A DNA stretch of 62,993 nt from a virus. Lineage: Duplodnaviria > Heunggongvirae > Uroviricota > Caudoviricetes. Every line of letters begins with the position of its first letter. Positions within the stretch are counted from its first letter, which is position 1. The translations under genes and the position numbers were made by a program. The notes below the pieces were generated by a model. The model was not told where the DNA came from. It did no database searches and was given only the letters and a program-made list of their open reading frames with translations. The stretch is taken from IMG/VR virus record IMGVR_UViG_3300033120_000611; one strand, written 5' to 3'. Below, piece by piece: positions 38,177-48,109 of the stretch.

Positions 38177-39372
38177 ATGATGTATTTTATCCGGTTCTGT
38201 TGCTCTTTATAAGCAATGATCTCCGAGTTAAGTAATCCATGTCCAGCATTGACATGAGTAGAATCAAATCCCCTACTATCAAGCTCCTTGAAGTTTAGTG
38301 GGAAAGAATTTCCTTTGTACCACCCATCATACACAAATGGATTTCCAGTATGAACTTCATATACTAATAAGATCTTATCTGGGTCATGACCAGTGTAGTT
38401 CAGGGATTTATTCACTACTTCAGAGAAGTAATTACCATCTCCATAAACTTTACCAGAGAACTGGAAGTTGCCTTGTGGTCTAATCTTTAATCCTATCTCT
38501 AGGATTGGTACAACTGATGTACATTTAGTACCATGAATTAGTATCCTGGTTTTCTTATCCTTCCGGCTTGCTACCCATTGATCAAAGTCTTTATCTTCAG
38601 ATGGCTTATTAACTTCAAATATAGACTCTATTCTACGACCAGTATTATTAATCTGCTTGATTAGATAGTCGATCTCTGGTGTTGCCTTACATTCCTTCAT
38701 TGTAATACCAAGCACATCTAAGATAGTCTTGGTCTTTTTAGAGACTTTCTTTTTCTTAGCTGGTTTATCAGTCTGCATAGACACCTGTGAAGCCATAGCG
38801 TCAAGATTATCTTGCTCCTGGATCATAGTCCTATCGAAGTCTATAACAGGCAGAATGTGATGTCTCACGTTACTCATCTTTCTCGGAATAGTAGTATACA
38901 AAGATACTAAAAATTCATTAGCTTTTGCTTCAAAATCCTTTTTCTTTTTGTCTAAACCATTCAATTTATTAATGATACTTTGAGCCTCATCAACTTGAGC
39001 CTGAGTAACACTAGTAGCCTTAACAGAATAGGTAGTAGATATGAGGTGATTAGTATATCTGGTCATAAGGGCCATAAACTCTTCCACCTTATTATCAGAT
39101 ATTTTTGATAAGCTTGTTGGTGTAGAGTCATCCTTCTTGACTTCTACTGATACAAAAGCTGTTACATCTTTATACCCCTTTTTGACTTTCTCATCATACT
39201 TACTCTTTCACTGACTTGCTGGGTAGGACTTTACTTGAGGAGTTCCTCCCTCAACTCTTCCATACTTAACAGAAAAGTTCGAGCTTACTCCATCATGTGT
39301 CATCTCATAAAACTTATTGTTATTAGCTTCGTGAGTGACCATTATAAGCTTTACGAATTTAGCCTCTGCCAT
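38164..39372 (-). CDS. PARP-like ADP-ribosyltransferase (WGR + helical + catalytic domains) with an in-frame TGA at codon 55 (39208-39210)
   Basis: ATG at 39372 reads NNNKFYEM...KYGRV...Q*KSKYDEKVKKGY in frame with the track ORF at 39087. The downstream part has LYTTIPRKM (helical domain) and HGT / GNYFS / KSLNY / NSEII (H-Y-E triad). Confidence 0.8.
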
Positions 39373-39764
39373 AGATTTCTGAATTTAGATTTAAAAACTT
39401 CGATTTTAGTTTTTGTTGTATACGATTTTAAATCTTTATCATCTCCAATATAGATAAGATTTTCTGCTACCATATCACCCCCAATTCCTATACAATACTT
39501 TGTACCTTTTGGTATAATGAAGTTTCTAATTGTTCCGTAAGTTGGTTTAGCTATATACGAGTGGTAACCCTCACTTACAATAAATTCACCCTCTACTCCA
39601 CTAAATACTATAGGGACGTGTGGTTGTAATTCCCCCTTCTTGTATCTATAGTAGTCTTGATAATATGGTTCGAAGGTATCATCAGGTTTTATATAACCCT
39701 TTTTATAGCAAACAATATCTTTGTCAGCTATTTTTAAATCTCTATCAAATGTTGTTAGACACAT
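39351..39764 (-). CDS. Hypothetical protein
   Basis: KIADKDIVCYK...GYHSY...IPKGTKY. Confidence 0.6.
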   Translation of the reverse strand: MCLTTFDRDLKIADKDIVCYKKGYIKPDDTFEPYYQDYYRYKKGELQPHVPIVFSGVEGEFIVSEGYHSYIAKPTYGTIRNFIIPKGTKYCIGIGGDMVAENLIYIGDDKDLKSYTTKTKIEVFKSKFRNLWQRLNS

Positions 39765-40269
39765 CTTGCTTTGGTTTATAGATCACAACTGTTACGTCTA
39801 GATCTGTTAAATAATCTTGGATAAGTTTCTTGACGTCATTCCAGTTTCCTTTAGCTAATCCACAACCTATTTGAGGTAAGCCTATATGCTGACCCTTAAA
39901 TCGGTGATTGATCTTTTGGAGACACATGATTAGCGCTGGATAGCTTAATGGATGAGTAGCTCCTACTCTATGGGAGTATCCCGGACCAAATTGAGTATAA
40001 CAGTTTATAACTGTAAGGAATGCTTTCACAGGAGATCTCTCAACTGATAGTTTAGCTTTTCCATAATCGATCTGGCCTAGTTTATTTATATCTCCACGAT
40101 AGCAAAGAGCTTCAAGTTTAAACCTATCACATTCAAATGCTCTGGCCATCTGAGGAGCTATTCCGGCTCCCATAGTACAGAAGCAATTACATCCATGAGC
40201 TACAATGTCAAACTGTCCTTGTTCTGCGAGATCAATGAGATCTCCATCTACTTCTTTATATGTTCCCAT
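39745..40269 (-). CDS. Macrodomain protein (ADP-ribose binding/hydrolase)
   Basis: GDL; AHGCNC...MGAGIA; INCYTQ; LPQIGCGLAKGNW. Confidence 0.85.
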   Translation of the reverse strand: MGTYKEVDGDLIDLAEQGQFDIVAHGCNCFCTMGAGIAPQMARAFECDRFKLEALCYRGDINKLGQIDYGKAKLSVERSPVKAFLTVINCYTQFGPGYSHRVGATHPLSYPALIMCLQKINHRFKGQHIGLPQIGCGLAKGNWNDVKKLIQDYLTDLDVTVVIYKPKQDVSNNI

Positions 40270-41174
40270 TAGAATACATTTAGTTGTTTAACATTGTCTT
40301 CTATCCACTTCACTTCTCTTGAGGGTAATCCTCCCTTAAGATAGTTGCTATAGGAGTTGGTGGTATAGATCTTATCAAAGCTATCCATCAATCCTCCCCA
40401 ACCAGCTGAAAATATTCCGTGAGTTACTATTAAGTACCTCTTACCAGTTCTTTCTGGCTGAGCTAACTTAAATTCATTAGAAATATTGATGAAAGTTCTA
40501 CCTCCATCACAGATATCATCTACTATGATAATATCCTTTGAGAAGTGATCTACTCTTACTGGAACATGTACCTTAGTAAGCTTTCCATCAGTATCCCGGA
40601 ATTTACTACAGCATATGATTTCGTCCTTAAAGCCTATCTCATCCGCAAGATGGTATATTTTCTTAAGAGCTCCACCATCTGGGGAGACCAAAACGAAATT
40701 ATCTTCAGTATTGGGACCATAGAGATCGTGTAGGGCAAACCTAACCAAGTCCTTATTAGATTTACTCTTTAGGCCATTTATACATGCTAGAGCTATATCT
40801 GAGTGTACATCTAAGCACTCTATAGATTCATAGTTTTGTGCATTAAGTATAGGTGCTATAATATCAACTAGATACGATGTTCCACCCTCTACGAATTGCC
40901 TATCACTACGAGCTCCTAGGATGTAGGGAATATAGAGATGAATCTCTTTAGTCCCATATCTTTTTAGCGCTTTAGTTGCACATATGATAAGCTCTAGGTC
41001 TTTAAATGAGTTTAATCTAGAGACAATTTTTATTGCCTGACCGGACCAATCTCCTATCCAAGTACTACTTAGCTTACGTCCGGTTATAGTCACATCCTGT
41101 TGCCCATCAGGGAATTTGGATATCTTATACTTTAGCCCAGACCTGTCTTCACTTGTTAGATCTAGTGTTACCAT
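40269..41174 (-). CDS. Ribose-phosphate pyrophosphokinase-like protein (Prs/Adps)
   Basis: FPDGQ; PYILGARSDR; DVHS; SPDGGA; IVDDICDGGRTF; VTHGIFS. Confidence 0.85.
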   Translation of the reverse strand: MVTLDLTSEDRSGLKYKISKFPDGQQDVTITGRKLSSTWIGDWSGQAIKIVSRLNSFKDLELIICATKALKRYGTKEIHLYIPYILGARSDRQFVEGGTSYLVDIIAPILNAQNYESIECLDVHSDIALACINGLKSKSNKDLVRFALHDLYGPNTEDNFVLVSPDGGALKKIYHLADEIGFKDEIICCSKFRDTDGKLTKVHVPVRVDHFSKDIIIVDDICDGGRTFINISNEFKLAQPERTGKRYLIVTHGIFSAGWGGLMDSFDKIYTTNSYSNYLKGGLPSREVKWIEDNVKQLNVF

Positions 41175-41385
41175 TGTCTTTAGTTGAGAATTTGTAAATA
41201 AAATATGCGATTAGAATAGCCCACCAGTATCTTACGAATAGTAGACTAACTATAAACTGAGGTAGCGGTGTATACTTCCACTTTTTGAATTTGTCTACTG
41301 TAAAAACGAAACAAATTACAAATAGGCAGATTTTAATTGCTAGATCATATTCTGATAGCATCACTTGGTACTTATACATGATCAT
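41149..41385 (-). CDS. Small membrane protein
   Basis: Hydrophobic ORF bridging the ligase and Prs-like genes. Confidence 0.5.
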   Translation of the reverse strand: MIMYKYQVMLSEYDLAIKICLFVICFVFTVDKFKKWKYTPLPQFIVSLLFVRYWWAILIAYFIYKFSTKDNGNTRSNK

Positions 41386-42463
41386 CTCCTTTTGTTTTAT
41401 CAAGACGGACTCCAAGCATAACTGGGTGTCTTGGTACTCCATCTTCGGAATACTCAAAGAATCTTAACTCAGCTACTTTGCCTATGTAGTCATTCTTGTT
41501 TATTAGTAGATCTTCCCTTTCTTCATGAGACATCCTCCAGCCGGCTTTAACTTCATCGTCCTTAGCCCCCTTCCATTCGAATACTGGAACTCCCCACTCT
41601 GGTCTTTGATCAGCTGGACGAATATCCTTTATCACTAGAGCTATATCTAAGAAGTCTTTACGTTTTAGTAGATTTGAACTTCTACCATTGACTTTATAGC
41701 CTGCATCTCCCCAGCGTAATATACTTCCCTCGTATCCTTCGGCAAGGAACTTAGCATGTAGTTTGTCATACTCAGCTTTGCTTCTAACCGGATAAGTTGG
41801 TACTATTTGGATAACTCCTTTATGTTCCTCCGGAACTAATGCTACCCACTTTTGGAGCTCTGAATATCTTACAGTAAATGGCTGATCTATAGTAAGATCA
41901 TAGACATGATATCCAAGAGCCTCACTTTCACCAGGACGATACTTCTTAGCTAATCTCATATTACCTTGGAAGGTAAGACCATGGGAATAAAGTTCTCCAT
42001 CCCATGCTATATTAGGCATAGATTCCAAGACCTTCATAATATGAGGTACAGTAGTAATATCAGTACCTTCTCGAGATTTAATCCCGGTTGTAGTACCTAA
42101 AGCTCTCATACCATCTAGTTTAGGCTGAGCATAGGCGTTATTCCAGTCAATCTTTTTAGACTCTTTGGAATACTCCTTAGCTAACATAGGTAGCATAACA
42201 TCTCCATCTTCAGCCTCCCTCTGGGTCTGGAAATAGCCCTCTTTAATCTTTTGTGCTACAAGTGATTCCATCTCTAGAATAGCCTGAGCTTGAGGAGTAG
42301 TTTCATTCGATCTCCCCTCATTTTTTGTCTTACAAGTAGTTTTATGTAGTAAAGGCTTATCAGTACCCACTACACCACTCTCTTGTAAGTGGACAGCACC
42401 CTCTGTCCAGGTCTTTAGATACCGGATCTTCCCCTTAGTATCTTTTTTGAATATTGTTACCAT
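41372..42463 (-). CDS. lig: ATP-dependent DNA ligase
   Basis: PMLA; QPKLDGMRA; DGELY; YDL; EGSILR; LLKRK; PRHP. Confidence 0.9.
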   Translation of the reverse strand: MVTIFKKDTKGKIRYLKTWTEGAVHLQESGVVGTDKPLLHKTTCKTKNEGRSNETTPQAQAILEMESLVAQKIKEGYFQTQREAEDGDVMLPMLAKEYSKESKKIDWNNAYAQPKLDGMRALGTTTGIKSREGTDITTVPHIMKVLESMPNIAWDGELYSHGLTFQGNMRLAKKYRPGESEALGYHVYDLTIDQPFTVRYSELQKWVALVPEEHKGVIQIVPTYPVRSKAEYDKLHAKFLAEGYEGSILRWGDAGYKVNGRSSNLLKRKDFLDIALVIKDIRPADQRPEWGVPVFEWKGAKDDEVKAGWRMSHEEREDLLINKNDYIGKVAELRFFEYSEDGVPRHPVMLGVRLDKTKGDDHV

Positions 42464-42930
42464 TATCCTATTTTTACAGTTCTCTTTTTGACTACAATTG
42501 CAGCCCCGATTGTACTATCTTCCCTCCAATTAGGAATATCAGACCAGTCTCCACTATCCATTCTCTCATAGTAGTCTGTTAGATCTTTAGCAAATTGTCT
42601 TAGAAGCTTTAGTTTATCCTGATCGAGAGTATCTGGATGACGAATCTCTGAGATCTCATTAAGATCAAAATGCCCATTTTCTGGTCCATCTTCAACTTTT
42701 TCTTTAGTCTCTCTAAGATTATATGGAGTATAAAGAATATCTCCTATGATAAGGATTTCTCCATCATCATATTGTAACTCTCCTTCGTGTCCAAATAGCT
42801 CTAGACATTTTTCTGGACTTGTCATTCCATAATCTCTCCAAAGGCACCACTCTTCATGATCTGGCCCAACCATATCATATTCTTTTATAGGAGTCTTCCA
42901 CTGAATAGGATGATCTTGTTCTGTTGTCAT
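42463..42930 (-). CDS. Hypothetical protein
   Basis: ORF track; coupled to its neighbours. Confidence 0.6.
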   Translation of the reverse strand: MTTEQDHPIQWKTPIKEYDMVGPDHEEWCLWRDYGMTSPEKCLELFGHEGELQYDDGEILIIGDILYTPYNLRETKEKVEDGPENGHFDLNEISEIRHPDTLDQDKLKLLRQFAKDLTDYYERMDSGDWSDIPNWREDSTIGAAIVVKKRTVKIG

Positions 42931-43130
42931 GGCTTTATTATTACATTTTTGTGATATTGGCGAACTTCATGACTTATCTGAGCACAGGATATGCTAAGCG
43001 TTTTATCCGCTATGGATTTAACTTTGCCTAACATAAGATCCTTATATCCAGGTCTCATGAATGCGATCTCTTGACCAACTTCTAGTTTCTGATTGAAAAA
43101 GTCGTAGGCTATAATTGGCTCTCTTTTCAT
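42927..43130 (-). CDS. Hypothetical protein
   Basis: ORF track; ATGA overlaps. Confidence 0.6.
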   Translation of the reverse strand: MKREPIIAYDFFNQKLEVGQEIAFMRPGYKDLMLGKVKSIADKTLSISCAQISHEVRQYHKNVIIKP

Positions 43131-43966
43131 TTTGTTCTACCTTTTTGTTCTGGATATAATTCTTTTACAGGATCACTTTGCCAAAACTGCATAGTATCTG
43201 TATCCATAATAGTTAACTTTCCATCAAAGCCAGCTCCAGTATCAAGATTGATAACATTACCAGCTATAATAGGACGATCCATCATCTCTTCATAACTTGG
43301 TATAGTTTCAATAAATGATGCTTCTCCACCAAACTCTCTTCTATTTGGATAGTATCTACCATTTGGTAGAAAATCTGATTTATGCCAGTCAGTTACTTTT
43401 GTATGTCCTATAAAGACTCTCTTAATTCCATCAAGGTAAAATTTTATCTCATCTGGTTTCATACTAGCTGCTAAAGCTTGTGAGAATAGATCTCTATCCC
43501 AGAATAGTGTAGTGAAACCACCTGGTTGTTGATGTAATGGAAAATGCCTATTCATTCCACCATGTACGAAGAGTGTTCCATCTTCATCCAGATGATAGTT
43601 TCCGAGCTCATGGAAGAACTTCTTATGCTCTACCGGAATATGTATAGGATCTAATTGCTCAATATCTAGGGCCTTCTGATATGACTCATATGTGCCCCAG
43701 CCACCATGCTTCCAGTTAGGCTGATGTTCTCCAGTAACTATATACTTCTGGAACCAATGGTCATGATTACCAAGAATAAATATACACTCATTGGTTTTAC
43801 TCAACTCTATACATTTATCTATTACCTGGTATACCTCATCCCATCCATCTACATAATCACCAAGAAATACTAGGCGATCATCTGGAGTAACCTCAGCTCT
43901 CTCCAGCACTTGTAATAGTGCCCGGTAAGCTCCATGGATATCTCCTATTGCAAGTGTTCTTCTCAT
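43127..43966 (-). CDS. Calcineurin-like metallophosphoesterase (Ser/Thr phosphatase type)
   Basis: GDIHG; GDYVDG; GNHD; FVHGG; GHT; DTGA. Confidence 0.85.
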   Translation of the reverse strand: MRRTLAIGDIHGAYRALLQVLERAEVTPDDRLVFLGDYVDGWDEVYQVIDKCIELSKTNECIFILGNHDHWFQKYIVTGEHQPNWKHGGWGTYESYQKALDIEQLDPIHIPVEHKKFFHELGNYHLDEDGTLFVHGGMNRHFPLHQQPGGFTTLFWDRDLFSQALAASMKPDEIKFYLDGIKRVFIGHTKVTDWHKSDFLPNGRYYPNRREFGGEASFIETIPSYEEMMDRPIIAGNVINLDTGAGFDGKLTIMDTDTMQFWQSDPVKELYPEQKGRTK

Positions 43967-44709
43967 AATATTGTTATTATTGATGGTTTAAATAGTATCT
44001 GCTTATACCTATTATTAAGGACTGCAGCATTAGAAAATATTACGTTTCTACCAACGATTTTATGAGATTCAATCCTAGTTGGTCCTTCATGAATATGTCC
44101 AAAGCAGTGAAGTTTCAAAGAATATAATCTCTCTTTAATTACATTCATTAGATCTTCACATCCTCTATGTACATCTTCATCAGCATACTGTTTAAAAGCT
44201 TCTGGGATAACATCTAGAATCCCATATGGCGGACCATGAGTTATAAGAACCTGAGTATCGATATCTATCTTATCCCAGATCTTTTTTATCTCTCTACCTC
44301 TATCAGCATTATAGGCCCAGTACTGCTTATGAAATGATGGTGTATAAGCTGATCCATAGAATTTAATTCCCTCATAGGTATAGGAATTATCATCTAGAAA
44401 TACTACTCCTGATCCATCTATCATAGCCATAGCATCAGCGTACATATTATCTGCAGCTATTTGTGGCATCTGACCTAGATGTACTCTACTATCCAAAAAC
44501 TTCTTGTCAAGTACTATATCATGGTTACCTGGTATGAAGATCTTCACATTTGCTGGCTGTCGTTTAAACCAGTCTAGAAAGTCTCCTAACTCCTCAATAT
44601 TAGTCCTTCCACCAATATCTCCGGAATGTATTAAGACATCACATTTAGGTATATCCATATTCCTATGGAACTTTCCTCCATGTGTGTCTGAAATGTGTAC
44701 TATATTCAT
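43963..44709 (-). CDS. Calcineurin-like metallophosphoesterase (MPPED-like)
   Basis: SDTH; HSGD; GNHD; THGPP; FGHIHE. Confidence 0.85.
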   Translation of the reverse strand: MNIVHISDTHGGKFHRNMDIPKCDVLIHSGDIGGRTNIEELGDFLDWFKRQPANVKIFIPGNHDIVLDKKFLDSRVHLGQMPQIAADNMYADAMAMIDGSGVVFLDDNSYTYEGIKFYGSAYTPSFHKQYWAYNADRGREIKKIWDKIDIDTQVLITHGPPYGILDVIPEAFKQYADEDVHRGCEDLMNVIKERLYSLKLHCFGHIHEGPTRIESHKIVGRNVIFSNAAVLNNRYKQILFKPSIITIL

Positions 44710-44868
44710 TATCCTTTTCTTATTATTTTAATTGAATGGTTATGAGGTAAATATGATAATGCTATCATTAGTATTCCTACTACATAATGGCCAGATATAG
44801 TTACTATAAATCCCCACAGAATGAGTGCTATACCTATTGCTAGATATAATACACTATCGTCTTCTTGA

Positions 44869-45984
44869 TTATTTCCCATACTTCTTTTTGAAGTTTTCGT
44901 AAAACTGATTTAGCTCACGTGGTTCGTCCTTAGCGTGTGGAAGCTGGATAAAAGTCTCACTTGCTCCATTAAAGTATAGGCCTAGCTCATATCCTGAGTC
45001 TGACTCATTAGATTTAAGTATTGATAGGTTTCTATAATTATTCTGGAGGAGGGTAATATCATATCCTAAATCCTCCTCAAATTCAAACCGATCTGGACTG
45101 AATATACCAAAGACTATGTGATAATCCCGGGAAGTAGTCTTATTCTCTCCCAGCGCTGCTATGGATGGCTTAACCTTAGCTTTAATTGCCTCACCCTGGT
45201 AAGATGAGAATGTAAGCTTTTGGCTATATAAGTCTTGCTGCTGTATGGTTACTACCGTAGCATCATAAAACTTACATAGCTGCCGGCGGGCATACTTAGC
45301 TGTCCACTCTCCCATTGCTGCCTTCAGATCTTGATGATGGTCCTCTTTAGTCATATTAGATAGGTTATCTACTATTACTATGACATGCATCTCAGGATCT
45401 TTAGGTGTATATAGCTTAGGAATATCATGTGTTACTCCCTTACTATCAACTTTCTTCTCGATCTCAACAGTTCCATTTTGGACAAAATATTCCCTAACTT
45501 CCTTGTAGATTCCATAAGGATTATGGATATTATCAATAATAGTCAGGTATTTCTCCAAATCCTGGAAGTACTCTTCACAACTTCTTATCTTAGCCAATAC
45601 ATTATCTGGTAATATGTCGGACTTTGATTCGAGTTGCTGCAGTGTTATATCTATCCCAAACTCCTTCTTAAGTCTGAAACAGATCATATTATTCATTACC
45701 CGGGATGCTGGATCTTCTAGTAGAAATAGGAATATCTTAGGCTTTATACCACAATCCGGATTCTCCTTAATAAAGGAGTACACGGAATATATGTACATAA
45801 ACCGGATAAACTTACTTTTACTAATACCAGTACCAGCTGTGACGCCAATATGCTGTCCCCTCTCAATACCAGGTAGAACCTTAACTAATCGAGAGAATGG
45901 ATAAGGAATACAGACAAACTTTCCTGATTCCCTGATCTCCTTATTTCTCTCTAATTTGGCCAGGGCCTCTTTGAATCTTGTCAT
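44869..45984 (-). CDS. DnaB-like replicative helicase
   Basis: GIERGQHIGVTAGTGISKS; IVDNLS; IQQQ; LSILKS. Confidence 0.7.
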   Translation of the reverse strand: MTRFKEALAKLERNKEIRESGKFVCIPYPFSRLVKVLPGIERGQHIGVTAGTGISKSKFIRFMYIYSVYSFIKENPDCGIKPKIFLFLLEDPASRVMNNMICFRLKKEFGIDITLQQLESKSDILPDNVLAKIRSCEEYFQDLEKYLTIIDNIHNPYGIYKEVREYFVQNGTVEIEKKVDSKGVTHDIPKLYTPKDPEMHVIVIVDNLSNMTKEDHHQDLKAAMGEWTAKYARRQLCKFYDATVVTIQQQDLYSQKLTFSSYQGEAIKAKVKPSIAALGENKTTSRDYHIVFGIFSPDRFEFEEDLGYDITLLQNNYRNLSILKSNESDSGYELGLYFNGASETFIQLPHAKDEPRELNQFYENFKKKYGK

Positions 45985-46712
45985 TATAGTCTTTTTTCGA
46001 ATTTATTAATAGCTTTCTTATCCAGACCTTGGCTTATAGCTAGTATCTCGTCAGCTAGAGCTGACTTCTCATTCTTCTGGATGAAGTATGATGATGTAAC
46101 CATAAACTTGTATCCATCCTTAGCGTACCTATCTACATAGTTCTTGGTAGCTGCTAGTATTAATTCATCAGTAAGCTTAATCTTATAGTGCTTTTTAAAC
46201 ACTGATCGATAGTTTCTAATAAATGTCTTTAGCTTCTTCTCAATCTCCACAGCAGATGACCTCGCATATTTTTGAGATGGTAACTTGATTTTTGGAAATA
46301 GCTCCAGATACTCAAAAGATAATTTACTAGTATCTATTACTGGTTCTTGCTCCTCTTGGCATTCAAATCCGGCCATTAACTCCTCCACTAACTCAATTCC
46401 CTTTTCAGATATTCCATACATAAGAGTATCGCTAGATTGATCCAGGAATCCATGCATATGGAGATTCTGATACTCATAAATAAGTACCTGAGATCTAGTT
46501 CCATTATTATCATAGAGATCTAGGAGATCTATCTTATTTTGATGTAAAGCTATTAGAATAAATAGCTCATTGATGGACATATCTTCTTTTAGAAGAGTAT
46601 TAAGGACTACAGAGTTAATAGTAAGACCTATGGTTGAGGATGCAACTGGAGTAACCTCTTCAGTTTGAGATATTTGTGGAGGTAGTTGCTCATTGATCTT
46701 TGGTAGGGTCAT
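45984..46712 (-). CDS. Hypothetical protein adjacent to the helicase (possible loader/initiator)
   Basis: HTH-like N-terminal half; coupled to the DnaB-like gene. Confidence 0.55.
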   Translation of the reverse strand: MTLPKINEQLPPQISQTEEVTPVASSTIGLTINSVVLNTLLKEDMSINELFILIALHQNKIDLLDLYDNNGTRSQVLIYEYQNLHMHGFLDQSSDTLMYGISEKGIELVEELMAGFECQEEQEPVIDTSKLSFEYLELFPKIKLPSQKYARSSAVEIEKKLKTFIRNYRSVFKKHYKIKLTDELILAATKNYVDRYAKDGYKFMVTSSYFIQKNEKSALADEILAISQGLDKKAINKFEKRL

Positions 46713-46890
46713 CTTCTGTTTTATTTAATTCGTGAAGTAATTTACGCTCCTCAAACTCTTGTCTAAGGGCGTCAAAAGTATCGATACTATCTGGATTTTC
46801 CAAGAAATTTATAGATTCTTTTGCATCCAAATAGATGAGCCAAAACCTGAGTTCATTACTCATTTCCGGCTCCTTAGATGGAGTTGGCAT
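46690..46890 (-). CDS. Hypothetical protein
   Basis: ORF track. Confidence 0.5.
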   Translation of the reverse strand: MPTPSKEPEMSNELRFWLIYLDAKESINFLENPDSIDTFDALRQEFEERKLLHELNKTEDDPTKDQ

Positions 46891-48109
46891 TGTAGTATTT
46901 TACTTTAGATAAGTCAAAGAATTCCAGGGCTTTATCTAGCCACTCTAGTTCTACTGTATTTGTACATACAATATACACCTTAGCTACCTTTCCAGGATTA
47001 TCATACTCGAATCCAGTTAGGCGAGATATCCTCTGGCCAAGATTCTCAGGATTACTATCATGACTATTAATTATAGCTAGATTTATAGGCTTGACTGTTA
47101 CGCCAGCCTCAAACATATCTACAGTTGCTAGTATCAATCCTTTACCTTCCAGGAAGTCTTCTTTGACCTTAATGTCTTTCTTTTTTGAATGGTATACCGG
47201 TACTCCCAGCTGATCTGCTATCTCTGTTAATCCACAAAATATAATAGCTCTCTTATTCTGCTCTTTAGCTTTAGCTATCAGTCTTTTAGTGACATTAAGT
47301 TTAGCTAGAGATTTCTTAAAGAGATTCATCCTCTGAATTGGCAAGAATCCATAATCATCTGATAGATTGGGCTTACTTTCTTGGTGTTTTTCTCTTGCTT
47401 CGAGATCATTTTCAGGTATTTGCATAAGTTTATTTTCCCAAACTTCCTTCTTATGCCAATACTGTATCTTAATTTCTTCCATTCTATTGGTTAGAAATCT
47501 ATATCTATCTGCCTCAGTAACTGTAAAGTTCTTCAGCTTTGCCGGCCTTACATAGCGTGTTACACTATCCAGGTCAGTCAGTAAAACGTATATCTCATAG
47601 TCAGTAATAACTTTCTCTCGAATTCCTGTCTCTATGTCGTACCAACCTACAATGGGTAAACCAGTTGCAGCTTTGATCTCTCTTTCCGTCTTATCTGAGA
47701 TTGTACCACTTAGGCCCAGAATGTTTTTACATCCTAGTTCCTTAAGCTTGTTGAGCTCTTCTAGGTTAGCCGGGGAGAACATATGTATCTCATCAGCTAT
47801 TATAAGATCGTAAAGAAGGCCATTTTCAGCCTTTTCTACCATCTTCCATAGACTTGCTGTAGTTGTGTAGTGTATAACTGCAGGATTATAGCCCCATTTC
47901 TCCAAATCAGCCTCCCAGGAGGCCTTAATGGTCTCTATTGGATGGATGATAAGGACAGATGGAATTTTATCCAGATTAGCGCCTAATTTATTCAAGGCAT
48001 TGATAGATGTTTTGATCTTACCAAACCTAGGACATAAATGTAAGATACCAAATTTGCTTTGCAGCCACTTATCAGCAAATTCCTGCTGTCGAATATCTCT
48101 TAGTGACAT
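46874..48109 (-). CDS. Superfamily 2 helicase
   Basis: PRFGK; IADEIH; GLSGT; FEAGV; QRISR. Confidence 0.8.
   Translation of the reverse strand: MSLRDIRQQEFADKWLQSKFGILHLCPRFGKIKTSINALNKLGANLDKIPSVLIIHPIETIKASWEADLEKWGYNPAVIHYTTTASLWKMVEKAENGLLYDLIIADEIHMFSPANLEELNKLKELGCKNILGLSGTISDKTEREIKAATGLPIVGWYDIETGIREKVITDYEIYVLLTDLDSVTRYVRPAKLKNFTVTEADRYRFLTNRMEEIKIQYWHKKEVWENKLMQIPENDLEAREKHQESKPNLSDDYGFLPIQRMNLFKKSLAKLNVTKRLIAKAKEQNKRAIIFCGLTEIADQLGVPVYHSKKKDIKVKEDFLEGKGLILATVDMFEAGVTVKPINLAIINSHDSNPENLGQRISRLTGFEYDNPGKVAKVYIVCTNTVELEWLDKALEFFDLSKVKYYNANSI

Noticed and set aside
45820-45860. DnaB Walker A variant (GTGISKS instead of GxxxxGKS) as a sign of inactivation
   Set aside because: A single substitution in a divergent family with the Lys and Ser retained; I cannot judge it without an alignment.
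22107-48109. Inteins or self-splicing introns in polA, nrdJ, primase or helicases (common in Crassvirales)
   Set aside because: Protein lengths are ordinary, motifs are contiguous, and no C/S...HN-C/S/T junctions or LAGLIDADG blocks were seen.
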